Of a stretch of DNA of 34,781 nt, positions 1 through 8,911 are shown one piece after another; the first letter of the stretch is position 1, and each line of letters begins with the position of its first letter. The notes under the pieces were generated by a model. That model was given only the letters and a program-made list of their open reading frames with translations. It had not been told where the DNA came from and ran no database searches. The position numbers and the translations under genes are program-made. The stretch is from IMG/VR virus record IMGVR_UViG_2713896902_000006. One strand, written 5' to 3'. Origin of the DNA: a virus (lineage: Duplodnaviria; Heunggongvirae; Uroviricota; Caudoviricetes).

Positions 1-160
1 TGAGTTTGAAATGATTACTCCTGCGCCTACAGGAATCTATGCCACCTGAAACAGAGAGTAAAAAAAGGGTGCAGGAAGCCAACCATCACAATTCAATACG
101 CGGGGTTTTACCCCCGCGTGATGGCTACTTCTTCGATTCGTAAGCGAGAACTGCCTTAAA

Positions 161-235
<75 letters not shown>

Positions 236-236
236 T

Positions 237-293
<57 letters not shown>

Positions 294-322
294 CAGAACT
301 CGCGCCAGCCTGATTGCAGATA

Positions 323-712
323 TTACTCTTTTTTCTCCGTATCTGCATCGGGTTCATCAGCAAATAGCTTGCCCTGCATCCGATCCAGTTCTTCTTTTCT
401 TACCCGCTTAACCACGCTGTAGACCCACTGAAGCGAAACACCAAATTTGCGGGCCAGTTCGTGGTGGTTGCGTCCGTTAAACTCCCTGAAGATTTCCCGG
501 TCGCGCTGACTGACCTTCCATACCATGCCCATCGGGAAATAAACGTTTTGCCCGCCCCAGACCTGCATCATTCGGTTCGCGACGGCCTGACCAATCTGGT
601 CGGCAATTGCGGGCTCAATATCAATAATCTCGCGAACGGTCTCAGAGGTATGCTGTGCCAGTTCCACCAGGAGTTCCGGCCCTTTACTTCGAAACTGATT
701 CAGGTCGCTCAT
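323..712 (-). CDS. mor: Mor/C-family transcriptional activator (middle or late operon regulator)
   Basis: 129 aa, same length class as Mu Mor; C-terminal HTH-like segment (ARKFGVSLQWVYSVVKRVRK); last gene of the early operon directly after the GemA-like gene; GGGAG RBS 6 nt upstream of ATG. Confidence 0.7.
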   Translation of the reverse strand: MSDLNQFRSKGPELLVELAQHTSETVREIIDIEPAIADQIGQAVANRMMQVWGGQNVYFPMGMVWKVSQRDREIFREFNGRNHHELARKFGVSLQWVYSVVKRVRKEELDRMQGKLFADEPDADTEKKE

Positions 713-1136
713 GTTTTACTCCCGTAGCTCTGCGCTGCCACTTCTTCAGTTTCTCAATAACACTGCTTGCCTGTTCAGTACTGAGCCAGCGCAGGGCGCT
801 GATGCCCGTTTCCCGCTTGATCCACCGCGCTAATGCATTTTCTGAACGGTCACGAACAATGCCGGCAGCAGCCATTTCAAGCCATAGAGCACGGATTTTC
901 CTGGACTGCGGATGGTTATCCTGCTGTAAACCGGAGCTGGCTTTTCCGGCAAGCTTAACGCGAAAGCCTTTCCTTTTCATGGATTCCAGCACGCAGTTTA
1001 GTTGTGTGGTATCCATTCCTTTGGTTGAGGCTTTACCGGTCAGCCCCTCTAACATCTGGCGGTAGGTGTCTTCATCCATACCCAGTTCATTACGGGCAAT
1101 ATGAATGAGCTGGATAAGACGTTGTTTAGTCATCAT
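684..1136 (-). CDS. gemA: GemA-like protein (Mu gp16 family)
   Basis: Position immediately upstream of the Mor-like gene as in Mu; start placed at internal ATG 1136 (MMTKQRL...) because it has an AGGAG RBS, whereas the 1175 ATG has none; family call from recollection of Mu GemA. Confidence 0.55.
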   Translation of the reverse strand: MMTKQRLIQLIHIARNELGMDEDTYRQMLEGLTGKASTKGMDTTQLNCVLESMKRKGFRVKLAGKASSGLQQDNHPQSRKIRALWLEMAAAGIVRDRSENALARWIKRETGISALRWLSTEQASSVIEKLKKWQRRATGVKHERPESVSK

Positions 1137-1341
1137 CGTTGCTCCTTTTACCTGCGCCACCGATATAATCGACATATAAAGGAAGCGCCACAGGCCAGCA
1201 CAGGAACATCACCGACCAGCTAATCCAGTAGCCGGCACCACTGTAACGTGAATAAAACCCTGAACGGCGGTGCAGTTCAGCAGTACACCAACCGACAAAA
1301 CAATACCAGAACAGGGCACTTACAACAGATTCAGCAGTCAT
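1126..1341 (-). CDS. small hydrophobic protein (two predicted TM segments), hypothetical
   Basis: Internal ATG of ORF 1126..1497 preceded by a G-run; hydrophobic stretches FWYCFVGWC and WISWSVMFLCWPVALPLYV; compact coupling with neighbours. Confidence 0.35.
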   Translation of the reverse strand: MTAESVVSALFWYCFVGWCTAELHRRSGFYSRYSGAGYWISWSVMFLCWPVALPLYVDYIGGAGKRSNDDD

Positions 1342-1561
1342 TCTGAATATCCCCCCAACTGATATGAATATTACGGGCAGCAATGACAGGGTCGTTATTC
1401 CACCATGCACCTGACATGTATTTTTCAACCTGTTCGCGTCCGGCAATAACACCAATTGTGATCCCCGGCCTGACGTTCTTAAAAAAGGCGCGGGCAAAAA
1501 GGTATCTGGCAGATATTCGGCAGGCTTTTAATTTCCGGCTGTTACCTGATAGCGTAATCAT
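1331..1561 (-). CDS. hypothetical early protein
   Basis: 76-aa ORF whose start overlaps the stop of the upstream gene, consistent with translational coupling; no recognisable motif. Confidence 0.4.
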   Translation of the reverse strand: MITLSGNSRKLKACRISARYLFARAFFKNVRPGITIGVIAGREQVEKYMSGAWWNNDPVIAARNIHISWGDIQNDC

Positions 1562-2241
1562 CTGACCTCCAGTTTCTGTTGTTCCTGCCCACTGACCGGG
1601 CGGTGCAGTCTGACGTTCTGCCCTTCAAGAAACCCCGCATAGCGCGAGGCGTCGCCATTGCGGCTTCTTCCCGGTTTACGCGCCCTGGTGGTTTGCGTTT
1701 GCGGGTATTTATGCTCCAGCCACTGCTGCATCAATTCACGTTCGTCATCGGTCAGGGCGAAGGACTGTATTTCACTGATAACGGCCAGCACCCAGCCTTC
1801 AGCAAACTGGTCACCACGGCTGGTACGGGTGGCAGTTTTTATTCTTTTGTTCTGTGCGCTGATATACTGCTGACGCGCCTTTTTCAGCTGGCGGGCCAGC
1901 ACTTTCCAGGTGTACGCAGCCAGTGCGGCCCGTTCCCGGTTGCCGTAGAACCCCACACCCGGATATGTGCCGGGGTGAATGATGGAGTTAACACCAAATG
2001 CCTCGCGGATGATGTTCATCAGGCCCAGCATGTAGCGCGGTGGACGGAGGCTGCCTGTCGGCCAGTAGTGACTGATGGTTTCATCAATATCACTCATGGC
2101 GATGTCGGAATGTGTGATGCCGTGAACATCCATCAGTTTACGGGCACGGCGCAGTGCCAGAGCGGCCTCGTGCGGGTTGCCGGATGCGGCCAGCGCCAGC
2201 AACTTTTTCAGTTTCTCAATGTGTTTATCTTGGTCTGTCAT
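1558..2241 (-). CDS. DUF2786-like phage early protein
   Basis: N-terminal KLKKLLALAASGNPHEAALALRRARKLM motif that I recall as characteristic of DUF2786; ATGA start/stop overlap with upstream gene; GGAGA RBS. Confidence 0.55.
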   Translation of the reverse strand: MTDQDKHIEKLKKLLALAASGNPHEAALALRRARKLMDVHGITHSDIAMSDIDETISHYWPTGSLRPPRYMLGLMNIIREAFGVNSIIHPGTYPGVGFYGNRERAALAAYTWKVLARQLKKARQQYISAQNKRIKTATRTSRGDQFAEGWVLAVISEIQSFALTDDERELMQQWLEHKYPQTQTTRARKPGRSRNGDASRYAGFLEGQNVRLHRPVSGQEQQKLEVR

Positions 2242-2543
2242 TGTTCAGTATCTCCGGTGTACATGACGCCCAGCCGTGCGGCAAGGCGTTCCAGTTTTTT
2301 CTGTTTGTGGAAGTCAATCAGCCGGTCCATCCCCTGAAGGCGCAGCTGCTCTGTCATGATTTCCACATCTGCCAGCTCTGCCGCGAGGTCACTTTCGCTG
2401 CCCTGTCCGTTCAGGTTGCGGGCAGCACAGGCTGCCAGTTCAGCGGCCTCTTCTGTCAGTTTCAGGGCCTGTGCGTCCGGCCCGAAACGCTGCAGGGCCA
2501 GACGGTAGAGGGCGGTGCGGGTGAGTATGGTGTTCCGTGTCAT
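2238..2543 (-). CDS. MazG-like nucleotide pyrophosphohydrolase-fold protein (small, all-alpha)
   Basis: 101 aa with paired acidic helical motifs (TEEAAELAA... and ELADVEIMTEQL) typical of the MazG/HisE-like family; coupled to flanking genes. Confidence 0.5.
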   Translation of the reverse strand: MTRNTILTRTALYRLALQRFGPDAQALKLTEEAAELAACAARNLNGQGSESDLAAELADVEIMTEQLRLQGMDRLIDFHKQKKLERLAARLGVMYTGDTEQ

Positions 2544-2552
2544 GCTGCGACC

Positions 2553-2825
2553 TCAGTGTTTCCGGCTGACGGTGATGTGCAGACCACCTTCTGCAGTGGT
2601 TTCCATCCGGTACGGCACCTCGTGCTCTGCCGTGTGGGTGAGTGTGTTCACCAGTACCTGCAGGGCAGCCGCCTTTCCGTTGGTCGCCACAATGGCCTGA
2701 GCGGCCATGCTGATTAGCGCCGTAAGGACGTGCTTCACATCGGTGAGGTCGCGGCATTCACACTCGTTGACATAGTGTTCAACAAGGGTTCGGGTGCGCT
2801 GTCGTGCTTCCTGTGGGGTAATCAT
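2553..2825 (-). CDS. hypothetical early protein
   Basis: 90-aa ORF with strong GGGAGGA RBS 6 nt upstream; ATGA overlap with upstream gene. Confidence 0.5.
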   Translation of the reverse strand: MITPQEARQRTRTLVEHYVNECECRDLTDVKHVLTALISMAAQAIVATNGKAAALQVLVNTLTHTAEHEVPYRMETTAEGGLHITVSRKH

Positions 2826-3016
2826 TGCGCTTCCTCCCTGTCAGGGCGGGAGAATTCCATGACGGGCACGTCTGCCGAAAAATGCTGACTGCAGTACGGA
2901 CAGACCAGGGTGACGCGTACTGCAGGTACGTGGTACTTACCGGACATCACGGCGATGGCGCTGTGAAAACGCAGGGCTGTTATATCCCTCTCGCACTGAA
3001 TACATTTAAATATCAT
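2822..3016 (-). CDS. small zinc-ribbon-like protein (CxxC ... CxxC)
   Basis: 64 aa with CIQC near the N-terminus and CPYC later, a paired CxxC pattern; GAGGAG RBS before ATG at 3016. Confidence 0.5.
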   Translation of the reverse strand: MIFKCIQCERDITALRFHSAIAVMSGKYHVPAVRVTLVCPYCSQHFSADVPVMEFSRPDREEAQ

Positions 3017-3113
3017 GATTTAATTCTCCTCTGTTTCCGGCGTGCAGAAGCCCACGGCGCTGACGCCGGAATAAAAAAGAAAATGTTTTTATTAAATAAT
3101 TAACGTGGTGTGT

Positions 3114-3644
3114 TTACTGCACATCCTGCTCAAAAGGAATTATTGAAAAATCCTCAATATCGCTTTTTATGGTAATACCGGGAATATTTTTCACAGCCTC
3201 TTTTTCATTCAGAATGGCATCTTTATTTATTTCCTCCTTTACACGAATAAAGCGCTCAAGCCCCAGACGTCTCAGTAGTTCAATAACATTATCCGCCCCG
3301 CGAATGCTGACTGACGGTGGACGGTTTCGCCACTGCACCTCGCCAGTGGTGAGGTTAGCGAACTTCACCTTCCCGTTGCCGGTCAGTTCATCACGGTGTG
3401 CCTCACACCATGTCTGGATACCGGACTGCAGTTCGGCCATGCGTTTTTTCAGGCTCTCGGTGAGCGGGGCATAACGTGCGGTGATGTCGCCAATGGCGTC
3501 ATTCATTTCTGTTTCAGTCCTGACCAGTTCACGTTGTGCATCACCGAGCAGTCTGATTCCCTCAATGACCTCTTCGCGTGTCCCCGGTACCCAGAGTGCT
3601 GCTGCGGCCTTGATACGTTTTGCCCCTTTTGTACTTTTTGCCAT
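3114..3644 (-). CDS. gam: host-nuclease inhibitor Gam (Mu Gam family)
   Basis: 176 aa, matching the length and charged coiled-coil character of Mu Gam; location in the semi-essential region downstream of the B-like ATPase. Confidence 0.75.
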   Translation of the reverse strand: MAKSTKGAKRIKAAAALWVPGTREEVIEGIRLLGDAQRELVRTETEMNDAIGDITARYAPLTESLKKRMAELQSGIQTWCEAHRDELTGNGKVKFANLTTGEVQWRNRPPSVSIRGADNVIELLRRLGLERFIRVKEEINKDAILNEKEAVKNIPGITIKSDIEDFSIIPFEQDVQ

Positions 3645-3671
3645 ATTTTATGATTTCTCCAGTTATGCTGA

Positions 3672-3941
3672 TTACCACAAAGATTCCGGCCACACGACGC
3701 GACAGCCGTGCAGTTCGAAAACGCCCTGACGGAAATATCCCCTGTTGTCATGTCCGGTATACAGATAACAGGCCTTTCCCTGCTCAAGCATGCGCATGCA
3801 ATGCGCACTCCGGGAAACGCGAATGACAGGTTTGTTACCCCTGATGGTGATGCTTTGTACATCCGTGTTCGTGGCCTTAAGCGCCATAATGGCTGACTGC
3901 ACTTTGCTGATTTGCTGGTTGATACCTGTGGTGGATTTCAT
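3672..3941 (-). CDS. hypothetical early protein (occupies the kil position of Mu)
   Basis: 89-aa ORF starting 3 nt after the stop of the B-like gene; call is positional only. Confidence 0.4.
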   Translation of the reverse strand: MKSTTGINQQISKVQSAIMALKATNTDVQSITIRGNKPVIRVSRSAHCMRMLEQGKACYLYTGHDNRGYFRQGVFELHGCRVVWPESLW

Positions 3942-3943
3942 TA

Positions 3944-5110
3944 TTAAACCCCTTTGATAACGTCAGCGTTGACCTGTGGAACCCCGATTTCAGCAGCCAG
4001 ATTCATGGCGGCTATCACCAGGTTACTGACGGCCAGCGGATACAGCAGGCTGACCATATTTTTACGATGACTTCCCGGATTGCTCAGGCGGGCACGTATG
4101 GCATCCACTGCGCTGGCGTCCATAATGTCCGTCAGTTGTTTACCGGCCCGTTGCAGTTTGAACGTCAGAAATTCTTCAAGGTTATTGTCCAGAGGCAGAA
4201 GTTCGACCACCTCACAGCGCTGAACGACTTCACGGACTTCCATATTGCGTTCAGACAGTTTTGTCGCCAGTTCCGGCTGACCAATCAGCACGATGGACAG
4301 CAGTTTTTTGAAACCGGACTCCAGCTCAAAAAAGCGTTTGAGGTGTTTCAGTGTCGGAATGGGCAGACTGTGGGCCTCCTCAATCACCAGAACGTGGCTG
4401 AACCCCGCCTGGCTGCTGTCTTTCAGGACGCGATGCAACTGGCGAAAGCGGGCGTCCTGACTGCGTCTGATGCTTTCCAGTGGTGCGATGGTACTGATAA
4501 TGGCTTCGGCAATCGCTGCTGCCTTCAGAGTTTTCCCTTTCACATCGTTGTCTTCCATAGCGATGATGTATGGCTCGATAACAATCACCGGCGCATTCTC
4601 GCGGTTGATACGTTCAGTCAGGTCACGGCGCAGCGTGGATTTACCCGCACCGGACTCACCGATGACGGCCATAAACCCACCATGACGGGCTGTCTGGTAC
4701 AGCGCCTCACGCACGTAGCGAATGTCCGGGGTGGTGAACACATCATCAGAACCCTGCATGGCTTCGTCGGCGAACGGGTCACGGAAAAGACCAAACGCTT
4801 TTTTGGTTGCTGGAAATAACACCTGTTTTTTGAGTAACATATTCTCTTCCTCACTGAGGCTCGTTTTATCTGTGGTTCCCGCTGTACGGGGCGTGGCCGC
4901 GCCCTGTACAGCATCAAAACTCTTCGCTGTATCAATCCCCTGACTTTCCAGCCAGGACGCAAGACGCCGGCGCACTTCTCCGGGGCTGGTGCGGGGCCAC
5001 GCGTTATGATTCACAATCTGGGCCAGCGTGGCCTCAGAAACATCGACAGCTCTCGCCACCACCGCCTGTGAAATACGGGCCTCTTTCAGTTGCTGCTTCA
5101 GTACCAGCAT
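3944..5110 (-). CDS. transposition target-DNA activator, AAA+ ATPase (MuB/B3-B-like)
   Basis: Walker A GESGAGKST; N-terminal HTH-like segment; start set at ATG 5110 with GAGGAGG RBS (the 5149 start is GTG without RBS); directly follows the transposase. Confidence 0.8.
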   Translation of the reverse strand: MLVLKQQLKEARISQAVVARAVDVSEATLAQIVNHNAWPRTSPGEVRRRLASWLESQGIDTAKSFDAVQGAATPRTAGTTDKTSLSEEENMLLKKQVLFPATKKAFGLFRDPFADEAMQGSDDVFTTPDIRYVREALYQTARHGGFMAVIGESGAGKSTLRRDLTERINRENAPVIVIEPYIIAMEDNDVKGKTLKAAAIAEAIISTIAPLESIRRSQDARFRQLHRVLKDSSQAGFSHVLVIEEAHSLPIPTLKHLKRFFELESGFKKLLSIVLIGQPELATKLSERNMEVREVVQRCEVVELLPLDNNLEEFLTFKLQRAGKQLTDIMDASAVDAIRARLSNPGSHRKNMVSLLYPLAVSNLVIAAMNLAAEIGVPQVNADVIKGV

Positions 5111-5120
5111 GTTTTCCTCC

Positions 5121-6890
5121 TCAGTTGCCGTTAACAATGCTGATAACACTGCTGCGGGCCGGCGTGGTCAGCGTGGCCATGACTTCATCCAGTGCGGCTT
5201 CCGGTACGCCGTCCGGGTACTGTGCCGTTAACTGGCGGTAATGTTCCGGCGTCCAGGTAAGGCCGTTGGCGCTGAACTTCCCGCGCAGGGCTTTCGCGGC
5301 CTCCACATGAGTCATGGGACGCTGTTCAGTGCGCGGTCCGCGTACGTCAGAGGCCTGACCTCGCTTCGGCATATAGGCCGGAAGTGTGGCGTCATCAATA
5401 TGTTTATACGGGTCAAGCCGCCCGCCGAACGGCAGCGCCTTCGCCTTGCGTGCGGCAGCTGCATCTGCGGCGTTGTCTGTACCGGTGACCAGCTCTTCGG
5501 TTTCTTTTGCCGCCATCTGCGCCGGGGTTTCCGGCAGGGCTTTGTAACTTTCGCCAAATACCGCCGCGCCTTCAGCAAAGCCAAACTCGTTCTTTCTGAC
5601 CTCTTCGACCAGGAAGAACGTCTCGTGGCCGTCCTCACCGGTCAGAACCACCTGTGCCACATCGCTGCGCCACGGGTTACGGGTAATCATCAGTTTTTCA
5701 CCGACCAGTACGCCCGGTACCGTTGATACGTCAAATTCAGTGCCCCGGAACGAGACACGAAGTTTTGGCGTGACTTTGCGGAGTTCTGGTGCCGCCACAG
5801 CCAGTTCACGACATACCTCAACGGAAGGCGCTTTTTTCAGCTGCTCAGCAGTAATCTTCAGCCAGATATCCGTGCGGGTTTTACCGTGGCGGCTGTGAAC
5901 AGCCGTGGCGTTAAAGTGGCTGCGCCATTTCGCGGCCAGCGCGTTGAGTTCTTCCAGACTGTGAACCGGCCGGAACTTCAGACCCGGCTCCAGCTTGCGT
6001 TCGATAATGTCTCGCGCCTTTTCCACCTGTCCGGTGGCGCGGGCGTTATGCGGCTTGTGCGCTATCAGGTCAATGCCCAGTGAGCGGCACATGTTTTTCG
6101 TCATACCCGCGGTGTTTGCCGAGCCGGGGTCGAGATAGAGTATTTTTGGCACGCCGTGCAGCACGTCTGCGCCGCCACGCTCCTGCATGGCGTTGATAAG
6201 CACAGAACACAGGTTCTCACCAGATTCCGCACCCGTCACATACTCAACGTAAATCCAGCCGCTGGCATGGTCGGTAATCTCGTAACTCCACACGCGGTCA
6301 CTGGCGATACGGGCAAGGTTAGCTGGCTTGTTCTTGTAGAACTTTGCGCTGTCCATCACCTGCAGCCCTTTGTGCCCATTGCTCAGGTAGTAAAGCGTGC
6401 AGAGTGAGGCGTCAATCTGCCAGACATGATTGGGATGCAGACTGGCCACTTCGGTATGCGGTGCAGGGGCATCCAGTTGTTCCGGGTGCAGGCCATAGTT
6501 ACGCAGGGCACGGCTGATGGCATCTTCAGACAACGGGAAAAACTCACCGGTGGTTTCATCTGTTCTGCCTGCGGTGATAAAGCCGTTAGCCCGCAGGGTT
6601 TCCACTGCATCTGCGATGGAATAGAGGCGCTTACCGTTCTTGCGGGTGGCCTCACGCAGTGTGGCAGATATTAGCGCGGCTTCGTCGCGGGTCAGGGTGC
6701 TGCGTCCGGCATCGGCGCGTTTTTTGCGTTTATCAGTCACAGAGACCTCCTTCAGCCTGCGCAGCAGAGTGGCGCGGGACATGCCAAGTTCAGCACAGGC
6801 AGCGTCGTATATTGCACCGCGTTTACCATGCCCCGCGTCACGTGCCGCGCGGGCGACATAAACCAGTCGTTCAGTCAGGGCAGCATTCAT
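5121..6890 (-). CDS. DDE transposase, rve/integrase-core type (phage transposase A)
   Basis: 589 aa; N-terminal HTH; catalytic-core-like segments HVWQIDAS and LYLDPGSANT; GGAGG RBS; followed by the AAA+ partner. Looks rve/Tn552-like rather than MuA-like by eye. Confidence 0.85.
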   Translation of the reverse strand: MNAALTERLVYVARAARDAGHGKRGAIYDAACAELGMSRATLLRRLKEVSVTDKRKKRADAGRSTLTRDEAALISATLREATRKNGKRLYSIADAVETLRANGFITAGRTDETTGEFFPLSEDAISRALRNYGLHPEQLDAPAPHTEVASLHPNHVWQIDASLCTLYYLSNGHKGLQVMDSAKFYKNKPANLARIASDRVWSYEITDHASGWIYVEYVTGAESGENLCSVLINAMQERGGADVLHGVPKILYLDPGSANTAGMTKNMCRSLGIDLIAHKPHNARATGQVEKARDIIERKLEPGLKFRPVHSLEELNALAAKWRSHFNATAVHSRHGKTRTDIWLKITAEQLKKAPSVEVCRELAVAAPELRKVTPKLRVSFRGTEFDVSTVPGVLVGEKLMITRNPWRSDVAQVVLTGEDGHETFFLVEEVRKNEFGFAEGAAVFGESYKALPETPAQMAAKETEELVTGTDNAADAAAARKAKALPFGGRLDPYKHIDDATLPAYMPKRGQASDVRGPRTEQRPMTHVEAAKALRGKFSANGLTWTPEHYRQLTAQYPDGVPEAALDEVMATLTTPARSSVISIVNGN

Positions 6891-6893
6891 TGG

Positions 6894-7805
6894 TTATGCC
6901 TCCAGCCCGTTAATCTGTGGCGTCGGCTCAGTCAGCCATGAAGGCGCGGCATTGCCTGTTGGCTCATCCGGCAGGTCAAATGTGGAGCGCAGGCTACGCG
7001 CTGTGCTTTCCAGTTGACAGACCAGGCCTGCCATGAAGTCTCTGGGGGTATCAATCATGTTTTCAGCACAATATGCGCACAGCGTCTCAAAAGCGCTGGA
7101 CAGTCGGACGGCGATAGCAGATTCCGCCTCAACCGCTAATGCTGTCACTTCCGCCCGCAGCTTCTTAACCTCTTCATCAGGCTCAGGCGGCTGAATACGG
7201 GATTTCTTCTCCAGTCTGGTGGAGAGTGAGTCAATTTTTTCATTTTTGTCAGCGAGTACGCGCTGTTGTGCTGCGTTGGTTTCGCGCGCTTCGCGCAGGG
7301 CCTGACGCAATTCACGTACTGACATGCGATCAACGTCGTCAAGCGTCAGGCCGGCAACTGTGCCGCCGTCGGCCAGTTCGGCAAGCTCTTCGTCGTCTTC
7401 TGTCATTAATTCGAAAAGTTTGGCTTTTCCCAAATGTGCCAACGTTGGCACATTTGGTTTCAGCGCCGGGGATAAGTATTTTGTCGATGCTTGCATCATT
7501 CTCACAGATGTCCGGTATGCCAGCCCCAACTCACTTTCAAGAATCTTTATAAACTCCCCGTGTGGTTCATTTTCCTTAAGGATTATCAGCCGCTTACCTG
7601 CCTCCAGCATGGCCTCAGCGCTCTGTGCCATATAAAAGCGTGCCTCATGGACAACACGATCGCGCTCATAGGGCAGACCATCGCCGAACTGTTGCATGAT
7701 TTCCATGCGATGCTGTGTCATGGCGTTTAGACTGACATTGAGATCATCCGACAGCGGTACCTCGACGTTCAGTTCAGTGCTAACCGGTGATTTGGTGCGT
7801 CCCAT
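6894..7805 (-). CDS. hypothetical coiled-coil protein upstream of transposase (possibly DUF3102-like)
   Basis: 303 aa; AAGGAG RBS; central charged coiled-coil region; family assignment uncertain. Confidence 0.5.
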   Translation of the reverse strand: MGRTKSPVSTELNVEVPLSDDLNVSLNAMTQHRMEIMQQFGDGLPYERDRVVHEARFYMAQSAEAMLEAGKRLIILKENEPHGEFIKILESELGLAYRTSVRMMQASTKYLSPALKPNVPTLAHLGKAKLFELMTEDDEELAELADGGTVAGLTLDDVDRMSVRELRQALREARETNAAQQRVLADKNEKIDSLSTRLEKKSRIQPPEPDEEVKKLRAEVTALAVEAESAIAVRLSSAFETLCAYCAENMIDTPRDFMAGLVCQLESTARSLRSTFDLPDEPTGNAAPSWLTEPTPQINGLEA

Positions 7806-7815
7806 TGATTACTCC

Positions 7816-8124
7816 TTACAAACGACTACCTGAAATAACACGTTGGTTGATTTCGTTAATGCGATCCTGTGCACGTGCCATCTCGTTACTGTGGGCCATG
7901 GCGATCTGCAGCAACTGGATGCCTGGTGCGAAACGCCCGTTTTCTAGTTTCAGAGCCAACCCTTCTTCAATGAGCGTGTTAAGTGCCCGGTTGATGTTTG
8001 CCGGTGATTCGTGCAGTGCAACCGCTAGTTCCCCGTTAGAAACACCGTTCAAAGCGTGGCCACGTAAGGCCTTAAGAACGCGCAAAATACGGGTACCTGA
8101 GCTTGATGTATTTGGTTTATTCAT
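7816..8124 (-). CDS. winged-helix DNA-binding protein (IclR-like N-terminal HTH)
   Basis: 102 aa; RILRVLKALRGHALNGVSNGELAVALHESPANINRALNTLIEEGL resembles a winged HTH; AAGGAGG RBS; ATGA overlap with the Ner-like gene. Confidence 0.45.
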   Translation of the reverse strand: MNKPNTSSSGTRILRVLKALRGHALNGVSNGELAVALHESPANINRALNTLIEEGLALKLENGRFAPGIQLLQIAMAHSNEMARAQDRINEINQRVISGSRL

Positions 8125-8345
8125 GACGCCTCCTTAAGGATACCGGGGGTAACTTCTTTACCTATTGCAACCGATAGATCTCGCAAAATCCGATAAGTCA
8201 AACGACCGCGAGGTAGTTCACTTTTACCAGCCCAGCGACTGACTGCCTGGGTGACTGTTCGTGGTTCATAGCCCGCGTTAAGCGCGAACTGGCGCAAGCT
8301 ACTGCCTCGTTCAACCAGCCGTGCCCGAACTTGTTGTTTGTTCAT
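8121..8345 (-). CDS. ner: Ner-like DNA-binding protein (Nlp/Ner family)
   Basis: About 74 aa; HTH-like LRQFALNAGYEPRTVTQAVSRW; first gene of the early operon, divergent from the repressor; ATG 8345 preferred over GTG 8351. Confidence 0.6.
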   Translation of the reverse strand: MNKQQVRARLVERGSSLRQFALNAGYEPRTVTQAVSRWAGKSELPRGRLTYRILRDLSVAIGKEVTPGILKEAS

Positions 8346-8433
8346 ATGCACCGTGTTCCTGTTAGGTTATGATGTACTCTATTGGGTCTATTGTACACAC
8401 CCAAATGAGTGTGTCAAATTGAGATATGTTCAA
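8346..8433. promoter_or_regulatory. divergent early promoter/operator region between ner-like and repressor genes
   Basis: 88-bp AT-rich spacer between divergent starts; direct repeat CAAATGAGT at 8402..8410 and 8431..8439 (second copy overlaps the repressor ATG). Confidence 0.4.
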
Positions 8434-8841
8434 ATGAGTACAAAAGAGAGATTGCGTGAAGTGATGGATGCTAATGGCATGACAATAAAGGCATTATCTG
8501 ACTTATCAAAAATTCCATATCGCTCACTTCAAAACTATTTGCGTGGAGAGAGAGAACCAAACGCAGAGGCTCTTGTTGCGCTAAGTACCCATTTGGGTGT
8601 ATCGATCGATTGGCTACTTACCGGTAAAGAACATATTCCATCTAAAGAAATTGTTGCTGTACCAACACAACATCAATTCAGCCCGTCAGACCTTAAAATG
8701 CTTGAACTTCTAAACCAGTTAGATCCTGAGGTTCGGCGAGATCTCATGCGAGGCGCTGAAGAAAAACAGCGTGTGATTGAGATGGAAAAACAACTGAAGG
8801 AATTATCCGCAACGATTGAGCGGTTAAAAAATGTGGGTTAA
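8434..8841 (+). CDS. phage repressor, XRE-family HTH
   Basis: 135 aa from ATG 8434; HTH TIKALSDLSKIPYRSLQNYLRGEREP...LVALSTHLGVSIDWLL; divergent from the early operon; AT-rich codon usage. Confidence 0.7.
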   Translation: MSTKERLREVMDANGMTIKALSDLSKIPYRSLQNYLRGEREPNAEALVALSTHLGVSIDWLLTGKEHIPSKEIVAVPTQHQFSPSDLKMLELLNQLDPEVRRDLMRGAEEKQRVIEMEKQLKELSATIERLKNVG

Positions 8842-8911
8842 TGTGTTCCTAACGAGAACATATAGCAGAAATTATTTGCCATTAAGCAATAAAAAATAAG
8901 GTGGATAGCCA

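Noticed and set aside
1579-2337. 252-aa plus-strand ORF
   Set aside because: Antisense to the tightly coupled early operon (DUF2786-like and MazG-like genes); Cys/Arg-rich low-complexity translation; shadow ORF.
4067-4819. 250-aa plus-strand ORF
   Set aside because: Antisense within the AAA+ B-like gene, whose Walker A motif validates the minus-strand frame.
3944-5149. Longer starts for the B-like ATPase (5149) and for the GemA-like gene (684..1175)
   Set aside because: The 5149 start is GTG with no RBS and a 29-nt overlap with the transposase; the 1175 ATG has no RBS. Internal ATGs at 5110 and 1136 have strong RBSs and short overlaps.
5121-6890. Interpretation of the transposase plus ATPase pair as an independent IS21/Tn7-like insertion element
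   Set aside because: The pair is embedded in a coupled Mu-type early operon (Ner-like upstream; Gam, GemA-like and Mor-like downstream) with no flanking inverted repeats visible, so it is the phage's own transposition module.
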